In this document: piece by piece, positions 9,997 through 20,255 of the stretch
Layout: the number at the start of each line of letters is the position of its first letter
How positions within the stretch are numbered: the stretch's first letter is position 1
Position numbers and translations under genes: made by a program
Notes under the pieces: model-generated
Database searches by the model: none
What the model was told of the DNA's origin: nothing
The model's input: only the letters and a program-made list of their open reading frames with translations
From: Candidatus Hydrogenedentota bacterium
GTDB taxonomy: Bacteria > Hydrogenedentota > Hydrogenedentia > Hydrogenedentales > SLHB01
NCBI GenBank assembly: GCA_045863335.1
Contig: BTVY01000014.1
Coordinates: 69,862-133,861 of the forward strand
Direction: 5' to 3'
DNA length: 64,000 nt

Positions 9997-10758
9997 ATGC
10001 TCTCTCCCAGCCAATTAGAGCAATACCGCGACCAAGGTTACCTGGCTTTTGAACGCCTGATCCATGGCCAGAAGCTTGAACACTACATGGGCCTTTTGCG
10101 CGATGCCGTGGAACGGAGCAACGATCTCCAGGGCGACGCCCATTGGACCTTCGAATTGGACGAGAACGGGGTCGAGCGGCCCGGGCACATGCTTCACAAG
10201 ATTCAAGGCGTGTGCGTCGCCGTGCCGGGCGTTCTCGAGCTGGCGAAGGAACCCGCGATTGTTGACAAGGTCGCTTCGCTGCTAGGACCGGATGTCGACG
10301 TCTTTGGCACCAAGTTTTTCCCCCTTCTGCCGGGCGGGGGTACATCGACCTTCTGGCATCAGGACAACTTCTACTTCGACACCTGGGCCGACGAGATCGT
10401 CACCTGCGGAATCTATCTCGAGGATACGACCCGCGAAAACGGCTGTCTCAAGGTCATCCCCGGCAGCCATAAGGACGGACCGCAGACCCACCACCGCAAC
10501 CCCGGCACCTACGGGAGTTGGGTGGAGGTGGACGAGTCTCGCGCGGTCGACCTGGAAATCCCCGGGGGCACGGTCCTCCTTTTTTCGGCGAATCTGTTGC
10601 ACGGCGCGAATCCAAACCGCAGCAACCGTAGTCGATATAGTACGGCCTGGCATTACATTCCGGGCGCAATGGATCTGCCCCAGTTCCGGCGTGGCCAATA
10701 CGAGGACCGCCATATCGTTCGGTCGGCTGGCGCCCGCGTTGAATCCACGGCCCCGTGA
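9997..10758 (+). CDS. Phytanoyl-CoA dioxygenase (PhyH) family 2OG-Fe(II) oxygenase
   Basis: WHQD, NGCLKVIPGSH, LLHG...N.S...R. Confidence 0.88.
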   Translation: MLSPSQLEQYRDQGYLAFERLIHGQKLEHYMGLLRDAVERSNDLQGDAHWTFELDENGVERPGHMLHKIQGVCVAVPGVLELAKEPAIVDKVASLLGPDVDVFGTKFFPLLPGGGTSTFWHQDNFYFDTWADEIVTCGIYLEDTTRENGCLKVIPGSHKDGPQTHHRNPGTYGSWVEVDESRAVDLEIPGGTVLLFSANLLHGANPNRSNRSRYSTAWHYIPGAMDLPQFRRGQYEDRHIVRSAGARVESTAP

Positions 10759-10821
10759 ATGGGGCTGGATCCCGGTCGTCTGATTCTCCAAGTTTCTAAC
10801 CCGCAATTACGGAGATCGTTT

Positions 10822-11589
10822 ATGCGTAAGCTATTGATAGGCAGCGTGATGGCGTTGGTATTCGTGACCGCGCCGGCCCGTTCTGAAGACCAGCCGACCA
10901 TCGATTCGGTTGCCGAGGAAATCGCGGCAGTCTGGGAAAAGGTCAACGCCTATACGGCCACCATCGCCGTCAACGGCAATATCCCCATGGGGCCCCTCGC
11001 CGTCACCACCACGGCCAACGGGACGGTTGAGTACATGGCCATCGAGGAGACCCCCCACTTCCGTATGGAGATTGTGAACAAGCTCGGCGGCAACATGCCC
11101 CTCATGGGCGGCGGCATGGAGCAAAAGGTGCTCACCGTATTCGACGGCGAAGTCGCCTACAGCGAAATGGAAGCCATGGGGCGCAAACAGTACTCGAAGG
11201 CGACGCCCAAGAGCGGAGACGAAAAAAGCCCCGAGGGCGGCAAAAGCTTGATCGAGAGTATCCGCAAACGCGGGGAAGTGACGTTGTTGCCTGACGAAAC
11301 GGTGAACGGCCTGGATGCCTACGTCTTCGAAGTGAAGCCCAACAACGCCGGCCAACAGCAGGGTCCCGTCAAAGCCGAACTCATCCGTTTCTACGTGGAC
11401 AAGGCGACGGGTATCCAGGTCCGGTCGATTCTATTGGACGCCGAAGGCAACGCCATGTTGACGACGGACTACACAGACATCAAGGTCAATCCCGAAATCG
11501 ATCCCAAGCGATTCGAATACACGCCCCCGCCCGGCGTCGAAGTCATCGACATGGGCGACGGCACGAAACGCCCCAAGCTCTTTCAGTAG
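10822..11589 (+). CDS. LolA-like periplasmic lipoprotein carrier/sorting protein
   Basis: Signal peptide; C-terminal YTDIKVNPEIDPKRFEYTPPPGVEVID. Confidence 0.7.
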   Translation: MRKLLIGSVMALVFVTAPARSEDQPTIDSVAEEIAAVWEKVNAYTATIAVNGNIPMGPLAVTTTANGTVEYMAIEETPHFRMEIVNKLGGNMPLMGGGMEQKVLTVFDGEVAYSEMEAMGRKQYSKATPKSGDEKSPEGGKSLIESIRKRGEVTLLPDETVNGLDAYVFEVKPNNAGQQQGPVKAELIRFYVDKATGIQVRSILLDAEGNAMLTTDYTDIKVNPEIDPKRFEYTPPPGVEVIDMGDGTKRPKLFQ

Positions 11590-11647
11590 AGGAACGTCGT
11601 TCTCGCTACGCCGACGTTACATTCACAACATCATTCATAAGAACGAG

Positions 11648-11797
11648 AAGAACATCCCCCTTCAAAGGGGGAATTGTGTACAACGCGAAGCGTTGTGCAT
11701 GTCTGACAGGGCCTTGAAGCGGACACGAGGCTCAACAAGTCTACGAAGGCTATTGTCGAACAGAATTCCCCCTTTGAAGGGGGATCAAGGGGGATGT
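11648..11797. repeat. REPIN/MITE-like inverted-repeat element, copy 1 (left arm shortened)
   Basis: AAGAACATCCCCCTTCAAAGGGGGAATT ... AATTCCCCCTTTGAAGGGGGATCAAGGGGGATGT; internal hairpin ACAACGC-GAA-GCGTTGT at 11680-11696. Confidence 0.85.
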
Positions 11798-11941
11798 GTA
11801 TTTGGATTCTACCTGCGTCGCCGATTCTTCCCCTCGTTTCATGCCGTCAAACTTCCCAATTTAGGAGATGGCAGGGCTTGCATCGGCCGCGGTTTCTCCG
11901 TAGAGTGCCGTGAACAAACGGCGTAAAGGAAGTTCCCCCCC

Positions 11942-12469
11942 GTGAAAGAAACCTGGCTCAACTCCGAACTCATCCACGAAGGCCCAATCTTCCGCATCCG
12001 CAAGGGGCGCGTCCGCCTCGAAGACGGCACGGAATCCTACCGCGAAATCGTCGAACACGGTGGTGGTGTGGGCGTGGTGCCGGTGTTGGAAGACCGCGTC
12101 ATTCTCGTCCGCCAGTTCCGCGCGGCCGTCAATGCGGACGTTCTTGAGATTCCAGCGGGACGGCTGGAGCCGGGCGACGATCCCGAGCGCCGCGCGCACA
12201 CGGAACTGGAGGAAGAGTGCGGCTATCGTGCCGGGCGTCTGGAGCATGTGGCGTCGTGTTATTGTTCCCCCGGTTTCACGAATGAACGCGACGAGATCTA
12301 CCTCGCCTTCGACCTTACAAAGACCGAGCAGCGGCTTGAGTTCGACGAACGTGTCGAAATTGTGGAGATCCCCATCGCCGAATTGGAGGACCGGCTCAAA
12401 CGTTTCGAGTTCGAAGACGCCAAAACGATCATCGGCCTGCGCGAACTGCTGGCCCGCACCCAGTCATGA
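11942..12469 (+). CDS. nudF: NUDIX hydrolase (ADP-ribose pyrophosphatase-like)
   Basis: LVRQFR, EIPAGRLEPGDDPERRAHTELEEECG, SPGF. Confidence 0.8.
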   Translation: MKETWLNSELIHEGPIFRIRKGRVRLEDGTESYREIVEHGGGVGVVPVLEDRVILVRQFRAAVNADVLEIPAGRLEPGDDPERRAHTELEEECGYRAGRLEHVASCYCSPGFTNERDEIYLAFDLTKTEQRLEFDERVEIVEIPIAELEDRLKRFEFEDAKTIIGLRELLARTQS

Positions 12470-13422
12470 CCGCCCCGCTTACCCAGGCGCTTGAAGGAAC
12501 ACTGGTCTGCCCGCGTACGCATCACCCGCTCGTCGACCGCGACGGTGCCCTTTTCTGTCCGGAAACCGGGGACACCTATTCTCCGAATGAAGAAGGCTAT
12601 TTCGATTTCACGCTGGACCCTGCGTTCTATGAGATGGAATCCACCAGCGAGGATTACGCGGAAGAGCAGCAGGCGTCGTGGCGGCGGTTTTACGACGAGT
12701 TTCTCAAACCCTGGGCCGACAGAGACGATGCAAAGCGAATCCTCGAAGTGGGCTGCGGCGTCGGCATGGGCATTCGCTATTTCGCGGAGGAAGGCTACGA
12801 ATCTTACGGGCTCGACATCCCCTGTCTATCCAAATTCTGGAAGCGCATCGGCAATGACCCGCGCCATTTCATCCTCGGCGACGGCGCAGCCATGCCCTTC
12901 CCGGATGACTACTTCGATGCGGTCTACACCCTGGGCACCATCGAGCATATCGGCACGAAGGTGGGCCACTACACGTTGGCCGACAACTACCAGGAAACGC
13001 GGATCGCCTTCGCGAGGGAGATGCTTCGCGTTACCAAACCGGGCGGCCGCTTGCTCGTCACCTGTCCGAACAAGTCTTTCCCCATCGACATTCACCACGA
13101 ACCCACGGACGACGCGACGCCGGAGGGGTCGATGCGGTTCCGCCGCTACGTCTTCGATCGTTTCGGCATGACGCTTCACAAACCCTTCGGCAAGTACCAC
13201 CTCTTCTCCTTCGGCGAACTGAGGCGGCTTTTCTGCGTGGACAACAATGCTTCGGCCGCCGAAGCGCTCCCGCTCAAGCACTACTTCGCCTTCAAACGCA
13301 CCGGTTCCCTCGGCCTCCTGCGCCTCTTCAAAGGCGCCATCGTTTCGTACGTCGAGAACATGCCCGCCGTGCTGCGCCGCTCCTGTTTCAACCCCTTCCT
13401 GGTAGTCGAAATTCGCAAATAG
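12466..13422 (+). CDS. Class I SAM-dependent methyltransferase with a Trm112-like N-terminus
   Basis: LVCP...L.CP; ILEVGCGVG; PFPDDYFDAV; LRVTKPGG. Confidence 0.85.
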   Translation: MTAPLTQALEGTLVCPRTHHPLVDRDGALFCPETGDTYSPNEEGYFDFTLDPAFYEMESTSEDYAEEQQASWRRFYDEFLKPWADRDDAKRILEVGCGVGMGIRYFAEEGYESYGLDIPCLSKFWKRIGNDPRHFILGDGAAMPFPDDYFDAVYTLGTIEHIGTKVGHYTLADNYQETRIAFAREMLRVTKPGGRLLVTCPNKSFPIDIHHEPTDDATPEGSMRFRRYVFDRFGMTLHKPFGKYHLFSFGELRRLFCVDNNASAAEALPLKHYFAFKRTGSLGLLRLFKGAIVSYVENMPAVLRRSCFNPFLVVEIRK

Positions 13423-13582
13423 TAGGTCGGGAATGATTCCCGTCCAGCCCCAGAGCCAAGAATAGCCACGCTACGTGGTCGTTTCTATTCTCGAAGCCTC
13501 CAAATCCACCATCCCCATGGATACGGTCCGCCATCATCCGCTACCATACCCACCGGCGCAACGAGACGTGGAATGCAAACGA

Positions 13583-14485
13583 ATGGCGACATCCGGCACG
13601 AATCCAGCGGTAACCGAACACCCCGCCCTGCAGGGTGCGCGCTGGGTGTTTCTCGGTGTCATCATCAATGCCGCGCTCTCGGCCATCAAAGGCATCGCCG
13701 GAGTGCTGGGCAATTCCTACGCCCTCATTGCGGACGCCATCGAATCGGGCCTCGACGTGTTCCAGTCCCTCGTGGTCTGGGGCGGACTCAAGATTGCCGC
13801 CGTACCCGCGGACAAAGATCATCCTTATGGTCACGGCAAGGCCGAACCGCTCGCGGCGATTCTTGTTTCCCTGGGATTGCTCGCCGGCGCGACGGTCATC
13901 GCCGTCGAAAGCATCCGCGAAATCCGGTCGCCTCATCATGCCCCGGCGCCGTTCACGCTCGTGGTGCTAATCCTCGTGGTCGCGACCAAGGAAACCATGT
14001 TCCGCGTTATCGGTCGCGTGGGCCGCGCCATCAAAAGCACGGCTGTGCGCTCGGATGCATGGCATCATCGAAGCGACGCGGTGACGTCCCTGGCCGCCTT
14101 CATTGGAATCACCGTCGCGCTTATCGGCGGCGAAGGGTACGAAGCCGCCGACGACTGGGCGGCCCTCTTTGCGTGCACCATTATCGCGTACAACGGATTC
14201 CGCCTGCTTCGACCTGCCGTGGGCGAGATTATGGATATGGCGCCCGATCCCGCCACCGAGGCGGACGTCCGCGTTATCGCCTTACAGGTCGACGGCGTCA
14301 AATCCCTCGACACCTGCACGGTTCGTAAAATGGGCTTCGATTACTTTGTCGATCTTCATGTGGAGGTGGACGGCGACATGACGGTTCGCGACGGACACAC
14401 CGTGGCGCACCGGGTAAAGGATGCCATCATGAACGCGAACTCGAACGTGCGCGATGTCCTCATCCACATCGAGCCGAAGGACTGA
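13583..14485 (+). CDS. Cation diffusion facilitator family transporter (FieF-like)
   Basis: SYALIADAIES..D, HPYGHGKAE, DAWHHRSD, C-terminal IHIEP. Confidence 0.92.
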   Translation: MATSGTNPAVTEHPALQGARWVFLGVIINAALSAIKGIAGVLGNSYALIADAIESGLDVFQSLVVWGGLKIAAVPADKDHPYGHGKAEPLAAILVSLGLLAGATVIAVESIREIRSPHHAPAPFTLVVLILVVATKETMFRVIGRVGRAIKSTAVRSDAWHHRSDAVTSLAAFIGITVALIGGEGYEAADDWAALFACTIIAYNGFRLLRPAVGEIMDMAPDPATEADVRVIALQVDGVKSLDTCTVRKMGFDYFVDLHVEVDGDMTVRDGHTVAHRVKDAIMNANSNVRDVLIHIEPKD

Positions 14486-14536
14486 TGAGTAGGGTAACGG
14501 AGAAGATCGTATACTGGTGGAAATCCGGAGTCCAAA

Positions 14537-14696
14537 GAACATCCCCCTTAATCCCCCTTCAAAGGGGGAATATCTGCAACGCTTCGCGTTGCACCGAAAC
14601 AAAAGGATACGCTGCAAAAGGGGCAGGTCACTACAGGGTCTCAGAAGACGTGACTTAGGCGATTCCCCCTTTGAAGGGGGATTAAGGGGGATGTTC
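14537..14696. repeat. REPIN/MITE-like inverted-repeat element, copy 2
   Basis: Perfect 35-bp IR 14537-14571 / 14662-14696 (GAACATCCCCCTTAATCCCCCTTCAAAGGGGGAAT); internal hairpin CAACGC-TTC-GCGTTG. Confidence 0.9.
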
Positions 14697-14752
14697 ATCG
14701 CCTGAGCAGAGTCGTGTGGATGTCTAATTGGTGGTGAAGGGATAAAAGAGGC

Positions 14753-15685
14753 GTGTCCCATGAAGTGACAAACATCCCGATCGTTCACACCGAATCGTTG
14801 ACCGTGCGCTACGGCCGGCGCGTCGCGCTGGATGACGTGTCTCTCGATCTGGCGCCGGGCGTCATCGGTTTGCTCGGACCTAACGGGGCGGGGAAGAGCA
14901 CCTTGCTCAAGACGCTACTCGGGTTCTGCCGGCCCGCGCGGGGCAGTGCGCGGCTCCTCGGTGAACCGGCGGGTAACCGCAACCTGCGACGCCGCATCGG
15001 TTACATGCCGGAACGCGACGTGACTTCGCCGAAGCTGAGCGCGGTTTCCTTTGTGGCCTACTGCGGTTGTCTCGCGGGCATGCGTTACCGCGATGCCCTT
15101 CAACGAACCCACGAAGTCCTCAACTACGTCGGGTTCGGCGAAGAACGCTACCGCACCATGGAGACCTACTCGACGGGCATGCGCCAGCGCGCCAAGCTTG
15201 CCCAGGCGCTCGTGCACGATCCGAAGTTGCTCTTTCTCGATGAGCCCACCAATGGCCTCGATCCCGTCGGACGCGTCGCCATGCTCGATCTCATCCTCGA
15301 CATCGCGCGCCAGCGGGACGTCGCCATCCTGCTTTCGTCCCATCTCCTGCCGGACGTGGAGCACGTGTGCGAACGCGTCGTCCTGCTTCATCAAGGCAAG
15401 GTCATGCAGCAGGGCGTGATTCGAGAACTCATCGGCGGCACGACTACACGATTCCGCGTTCGAGTCAAGGAAAACGCCGACCGGTTCGCCGCGGCGCTCG
15501 CAGACCGGGGCATCGCCGTTGAATCCTGTGAAGACGGCGCCATCCTCGTTTCCATGGAAAGCGGAGCCGACCGGCGCGATGTGTTCAAACTCGCGAAGTC
15601 CGCAAACGTCCAATTGCGCGAATTCGCGCCGGTGCGCAACCGGCTCGAAGATGTTTTTGTAAACGCGATGGCAGGAAGCGCCTGA
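14753..15685 (+). CDS. ABC-2 type transporter ATP-binding protein
   Basis: GPNGAGKST, YSTGMRQR, LFLDEPT, SSH. Confidence 0.92.
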   Translation: MSHEVTNIPIVHTESLTVRYGRRVALDDVSLDLAPGVIGLLGPNGAGKSTLLKTLLGFCRPARGSARLLGEPAGNRNLRRRIGYMPERDVTSPKLSAVSFVAYCGCLAGMRYRDALQRTHEVLNYVGFGEERYRTMETYSTGMRQRAKLAQALVHDPKLLFLDEPTNGLDPVGRVAMLDLILDIARQRDVAILLSSHLLPDVEHVCERVVLLHQGKVMQQGVIRELIGGTTTRFRVRVKENADRFAAALADRGIAVESCEDGAILVSMESGADRRDVFKLAKSANVQLREFAPVRNRLEDVFVNAMAGSA

Positions 15686-15687
15686 CC

Positions 15688-16566
15688 GTGCCCATCTACA
15701 CCCAAACATACCAGACCTGGGACGCGCGCTTCGGCGGCGGGTTCCGCTGGCTCACCGTGGCGGCACAGGAACTGCGGGTTGCGCGAACGTCGAAGATGTA
15801 CCGGCGGCTGCTGTTTCTCTCCGCCGTGCCGTTCCTCATGTGGTTGTCGCTCCTCATCGTCACCGATCTCATGACCACCAATCCGAGCGCTCTCTTGCGC
15901 TCTGCCATTCAACAGGTGCAGTTCGCCAACGTGGACGCGCGCTTCTTCCGCACCTACATCTCCATGGCCACGCCCTTCGCCTTCATCTTCTGCCTGCTCG
16001 TCGGCGCCGGCTCGATCTGCAACGACTATCGCAACAACCTGCTGGAGGTCTACTTCGCAAAGCCCCTCGGCAAATTTGATTACTTCTTTGGTAAGCTCGC
16101 GGCCATCTGCTATTACCCGCTGCTGCTGACCGCCGGGCTCTCGCTCGTACTGTTTCTCCTGCACCTCCTGTTTTCGCCGCTCTCGGCAGGAGACTTCCTT
16201 CGCGAGTTGTATTGGGTCCCCTTTTCGTGCGTCGCACTTTCGGTAGCCATCGTTATGCCTGCGGCGTTGCTGGTCATGGCCTGCTCCGCCATCAGCAAAA
16301 CGACCGGGCTTGCGTCCGTGATTGCCTGCGCGCTTTTGTTCATGAACGGCGCCTTCGCCAACGCCCTCGCGGAGATTCTCCGCAACCACAATCTCCGTTG
16401 CCTGAGCCTCATCCGCTCCATGGTCTATCTGGGCGACGTGCTCTTCGACAGCCGTACGCGCATCACCTTGCACTGGGGATGGGTGGCGGCGGGAATGACC
16501 ACGTTCTGTCTCCTGTGTGCGATCATCGTGCTGGGCCGTATCCGCCGGGTGGAGATTGGATCGTGA
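15688..16566 (+). CDS. ABC-2 type transporter permease
   Basis: About 6 hydrophobic segments; YFAKPL...DYFFGK; lies between two ABC ATPases. Confidence 0.85.
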   Translation: MPIYTQTYQTWDARFGGGFRWLTVAAQELRVARTSKMYRRLLFLSAVPFLMWLSLLIVTDLMTTNPSALLRSAIQQVQFANVDARFFRTYISMATPFAFIFCLLVGAGSICNDYRNNLLEVYFAKPLGKFDYFFGKLAAICYYPLLLTAGLSLVLFLLHLLFSPLSAGDFLRELYWVPFSCVALSVAIVMPAALLVMACSAISKTTGLASVIACALLFMNGAFANALAEILRNHNLRCLSLIRSMVYLGDVLFDSRTRITLHWGWVAAGMTTFCLLCAIIVLGRIRRVEIGS

Positions 16567-17486
16567 GCGCGGCCATCGCTTTCAACGACGTGTCCCGCTG
16601 GTACGGCGAAGTCGTCGCATTGAACAAGGTCAACCTGGAAATCGGCTCGGGGATCACCGGCTTGCTCGGGCCCAATGGCGCGGGCAAGTCGACCTTCATG
16701 GGACTTTGCACGTCGCAGATCCGGCCCAGCCAGGGTTCACTCCGCATACTCGGCGAGCCGGTCTGGTGCAATTACCCGCTGCTGCGCCGCGTGGGGCTGT
16801 GTCCGGACCGTGAAAATTACTATGAAGACATGACCGGCTACGAGTTCGTGTACTGGCTGACGCGTTGCGTGGGGTACCGCGCGAAAGCGGCCAAGGCGGC
16901 AGCACTAGAAAGCATCGAACGCGTGGGCATGACGGACCGCATGCACGACCGCATTTCCACCTACAGCCGGGGCATGCGGCAGCGCGTGAAGCTGGCCCAG
17001 AGCTTCGCGCACAACCCCGACGTGCTGTTTCTCGACGAGCCCATGACCGGCCTCGATCCCTTGGGACGTCACGCCATTTTCGAACTCATCCGCGCCCTGG
17101 GCCGCGAAGGCAAGACGGTTATCGTCTCAAGCCACATCCTCTACGAGATAGAACGCGTCACCGCGAACATCGTCTTGCTTCATCGCGGACGAGTTCTCGC
17201 GCAGGGCGACGTACACCAGGTCCGCGAACTCATCGATTCCCATCCCCATTCGGTCTCCATGACGTGTAAGAGGCCTCGGCAGGTTGCGGCCAAGTTCGTC
17301 GACGAACCCCACATCGTATCCGTCCAGTTTGATGAAAGCGGAACCGGTGTCACGATCAAGACCCGCGACCCCAACGCCTTCTACGACCGCCTGACCGCGC
17401 TGCTTGCCGAAGGCGCTGTCGATGTCGAGAGCGTCCATTCTCCCGACGACAACTTGCAGGCGGTTTTTGAGTACCTGGTGAAGTAA
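16563..17486 (+). CDS. ABC-2 type transporter ATP-binding protein
   Basis: GTG start overlapping the permease stop; GPNGAGKST, YSRGMRQR, LDEP, SSH. Confidence 0.92.
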   Translation: MSAAIAFNDVSRWYGEVVALNKVNLEIGSGITGLLGPNGAGKSTFMGLCTSQIRPSQGSLRILGEPVWCNYPLLRRVGLCPDRENYYEDMTGYEFVYWLTRCVGYRAKAAKAAALESIERVGMTDRMHDRISTYSRGMRQRVKLAQSFAHNPDVLFLDEPMTGLDPLGRHAIFELIRALGREGKTVIVSSHILYEIERVTANIVLLHRGRVLAQGDVHQVRELIDSHPHSVSMTCKRPRQVAAKFVDEPHIVSVQFDESGTGVTIKTRDPNAFYDRLTALLAEGAVDVESVHSPDDNLQAVFEYLVK

Positions 17487-17555
17487 CAGACGTTCGCCTT
17501 CATGCTATACTTTCCATACCAGTGTACGCACAGCGTTTAGGATGGAGCGGCAGGC

Positions 17556-17789
17556 ATGAAATCCTATACCTTTCCTATTGAGATTGAACCGGACGAGGAC
17601 CGATGGTTTGCGCGCGTTCCGGAACTCGAAGCGCAAGGCGCGGCCGCTTGGGGGTTCACCAAGGAAGAAGCCATTAGAAATATCCAGGAAGTGGCCCAAA
17701 TGGTCATCGAGTCGTTACTTGAAGACGGCGTTCCCCTCCCTCCTAGCGTACAGGAATCGAATCAACCAACCGTATCCGTCATCGTATGA
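17556..17789 (+). CDS. hicB: HicB family antitoxin
   Basis: VPELE...AWGFTKEEAIRNIQE...IESLLEDGVPLP. Confidence 0.88.
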   Translation: MKSYTFPIEIEPDEDRWFARVPELEAQGAAAWGFTKEEAIRNIQEVAQMVIESLLEDGVPLPPSVQESNQPTVSVIV

Positions 17790-18034
17790 CGCTGGACTTT
17801 TCCCGCCTCCGCTCGATCACCGCGCGTATGATCGTGTCGGCGTTGCAAAGTGACGGATTCGTGCTCGATCGGCAGCGGGGTTCCCATCGTCGCTACGTCC
17901 ATCCCGACGGCCGCGCGGTAACCGTGTCCTTCCATCGTCCGTCCGACACATACACCTTCAAGACCTTGCGCAGTATGATTGAGATCCAAGCTCGGTGGTC
18001 AGAGAAAGATCTCGTGCGCTTGAAGTTGATTTGA
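17786..18034 (+). CDS. hicA: HicA family mRNA interferase toxin
   Basis: L..DGF...RQRGSHRRYVHPDGRAVTVSFH; 4-nt overlap with hicB. Confidence 0.9.
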   Translation: MTLDFSRLRSITARMIVSALQSDGFVLDRQRGSHRRYVHPDGRAVTVSFHRPSDTYTFKTLRSMIEIQARWSEKDLVRLKLI

Positions 18035-18070
18035 TGCGCATCGCGTTTAGGAACCATTGCGACCAACCTT

Positions 18071-18991
18071 ATGCTTGGTCGGCGATCGTCAAAGGTTAGT
18101 CGGGGCGGTTTTGTGGCTGGTAATCAATCTGAAAGTCCGTATGAAGTGAGCGTGACACTCCTCACGCGTGATGCGGGTGCCTTACTGCGCCGCGTCCTGG
18201 ACGCTGTGCGAACGCAGGAAACCAGCCGCAGCGTCGAGATTGTCGCCATCGACTCCGGCTCGACAGACGGAACGCTGGATATGCTGCGCGAGTATGAGGC
18301 GCGCGTAGAGACGATACCGGCCGAATCGTTCAACTTCGGGCGCACGCGCGATCGGGTGTTTGAGCTGAGTCGCGGCGACATCGTGATTTGCCTGTCGCAG
18401 GACGCCGTGCCCGCGCATCCGCAGTGGCTTGAAAACCTCATCGCGCCGTTGGACGACCCCGAGGTCGCGGCCTCTTGTGGGCGCTCCATCCCCGATCCCG
18501 AACGCGATTTCCCACAGTTCCCCTGGGAGCGCAACGGTTGGTTTTACTTCACCGCCGAGATGCGGAAGTTTCGGGAACGCTACGGTCGCGGACTCTCCAA
18601 CGCCAACTCCGCCATTCGCCGGTCCGTGTGGGAGCGCCTGCGTTTCGGCGAGCAATCCATCGGCGAAGACTTCCGCTTCCAGACCAAGCTCCACGCCGAG
18701 GGCCTACGCATCGCCTTCCCCGAGGACGCCCCCGTGTTGCATCATCACGCATACACCCTCGGCACGCTGTACAAGCGATGCCGCAACGAGGGCATGGGCC
18801 TCGCCGCGTTGGGCTGCGGGTATGGACTTGGCGATTACGTGAGCGATACGTTGAGCTTAAGCAAATACAAGGTGTGGTTGCGGGAATCAGTGAAGGGAAA
18901 TCTGTGGTCTCCGGCCGCGCTGCTATTCCCCGTCATTCGCCCCGCCGCGGTTTACGCGGGCAGTCGGTTTGGCCGGGAGTTTCTCCGGTGA
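18071..18991 (+). CDS. Glycosyltransferase family 2 (rhamnosyltransferase-like)
   Basis: IDSGSTDGT, FNFGRTR, LSQDAVP, SNANSAIRR, ED; start may be GTG 18113. Confidence 0.88.
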   Translation: MLGRRSSKVSRGGFVAGNQSESPYEVSVTLLTRDAGALLRRVLDAVRTQETSRSVEIVAIDSGSTDGTLDMLREYEARVETIPAESFNFGRTRDRVFELSRGDIVICLSQDAVPAHPQWLENLIAPLDDPEVAASCGRSIPDPERDFPQFPWERNGWFYFTAEMRKFRERYGRGLSNANSAIRRSVWERLRFGEQSIGEDFRFQTKLHAEGLRIAFPEDAPVLHHHAYTLGTLYKRCRNEGMGLAALGCGYGLGDYVSDTLSLSKYKVWLRESVKGNLWSPAALLFPVIRPAAVYAGSRFGREFLR

Positions 18992-19734
18992 AGCGCGCCA
19001 TCCAGGAATTCTACGAGAACAATCCCCTCATGGTGAGTTCCCCCTTTGGCGGCGTGGACGGCATCAATGAGGCGCTGCTCGAATCGGTGTTCCACGACCT
19101 CGCCATCGACGTCGCTGGCAAACACATCCTCGATGTCGGTTGCGGCCGCGGCTTCACCGGCGAGTACATCCGCGCCCGCGGAGGCGAGTATACCGGCGTC
19201 GATCTCGTGAACTCCGGTAGTGATCTCCCGCTGGTCCTGGGCGATGCCACCCATCTTCCGTTTCCCGGCGCATCCTTCGATGGTGTATTGTGCATCGACG
19301 CGTTTGAACATATTCCGGACGGCGCGGCGGCGGCCCGGGAGTTTCGGCGCGTGTTGCGCGGGGACGGGTTCATGTTCTTGTCCGCGCCGAACTACGGGAA
19401 CGTGGCGGGTCTTGTGAAATGGACCTGCGAAACCCTTGGCGGCTACGAGAAGAATACCTGGGCGCCCTTCCGCCGTTGGCAACCGCAAGAATTGGAACAG
19501 CCCCTGACCGGATCCCGCGTCCGGCGGCTCTACGGCAACGCGGGGTTCACGCGAATCCGTCGCATCGGGCATGGGCCGGAAGTCGGCCTCGGCTTGTTTC
19601 CTTGGATAGACCACCCGCGCATGCCGGAGGTGATCCAGTTCCGGTTGCAGCGGCTGGCCGCGTGGGCGGGACCCGGCATCGCGAAGGCAATGCCCTGGAC
19701 GAGTCTCCACGGATTCTGGAAAATGGAACCATAA
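18988..19734 (+). CDS. Class I SAM-dependent methyltransferase
   Basis: ILDVGCGRG, GDATHLPF..ASFD, EHIPD; GTG start overlapping the GT2 stop. Confidence 0.85.
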   Translation: MKRAIQEFYENNPLMVSSPFGGVDGINEALLESVFHDLAIDVAGKHILDVGCGRGFTGEYIRARGGEYTGVDLVNSGSDLPLVLGDATHLPFPGASFDGVLCIDAFEHIPDGAAAAREFRRVLRGDGFMFLSAPNYGNVAGLVKWTCETLGGYEKNTWAPFRRWQPQELEQPLTGSRVRRLYGNAGFTRIRRIGHGPEVGLGLFPWIDHPRMPEVIQFRLQRLAAWAGPGIAKAMPWTSLHGFWKMEP

Positions 19735-20255
19735 TGGGCAGGATACGGCGTATCATACAGAAGATCAAGCTGCGGTACGGGTCCGACGAGACCATTCGCC
19801 GCACCTTGCGCGAGATGGGCATCCGCGTCGGCGATCGCAGCCGCGTCTACACGACGAAGTTCGGGTCGGAACCCTGGCTCATTCGCATCGGCGACCACGT
19901 TGGCATCTCTCACGACGTCGTCTTCGTCACGCATAACTCGAACTGGACCTTTCAGGACAAGTACGAGACCCTGACCAGCTTCGGCAAGATCGAGGTCAAG
20001 GACAACGTCCATATCGGCGTCAACGCGATCATCCTGCCCAACGTCACCATTGGACCCAACGCCGTCGTCGGCGCGGGCAGTGTCGTCACGCGCGACGTAG
20101 AACCCAACACGGTCGTAGCCGGAAACCCCGCGCGCGTGATCTGCACGCTGGATGAACTGGAAAAGAAGGCCGTGGCCGCGCACATCGACATTCCCAAGGA
20201 TCGCGAAGCGGCGCGCAAGGTGCTGATCAAACACTTCTGGGGGGAAGACGCGTGA
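19734..20255 (+). CDS. Hexapeptide-repeat O-acyltransferase
   Basis: HIGVNAIILPNVTIGPNAVVGAGSVVTRDV...VVAGNPAR. Confidence 0.9.
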   Translation: MGRIRRIIQKIKLRYGSDETIRRTLREMGIRVGDRSRVYTTKFGSEPWLIRIGDHVGISHDVVFVTHNSNWTFQDKYETLTSFGKIEVKDNVHIGVNAIILPNVTIGPNAVVGAGSVVTRDVEPNTVVAGNPARVICTLDELEKKAVAAHIDIPKDREAARKVLIKHFWGEDA

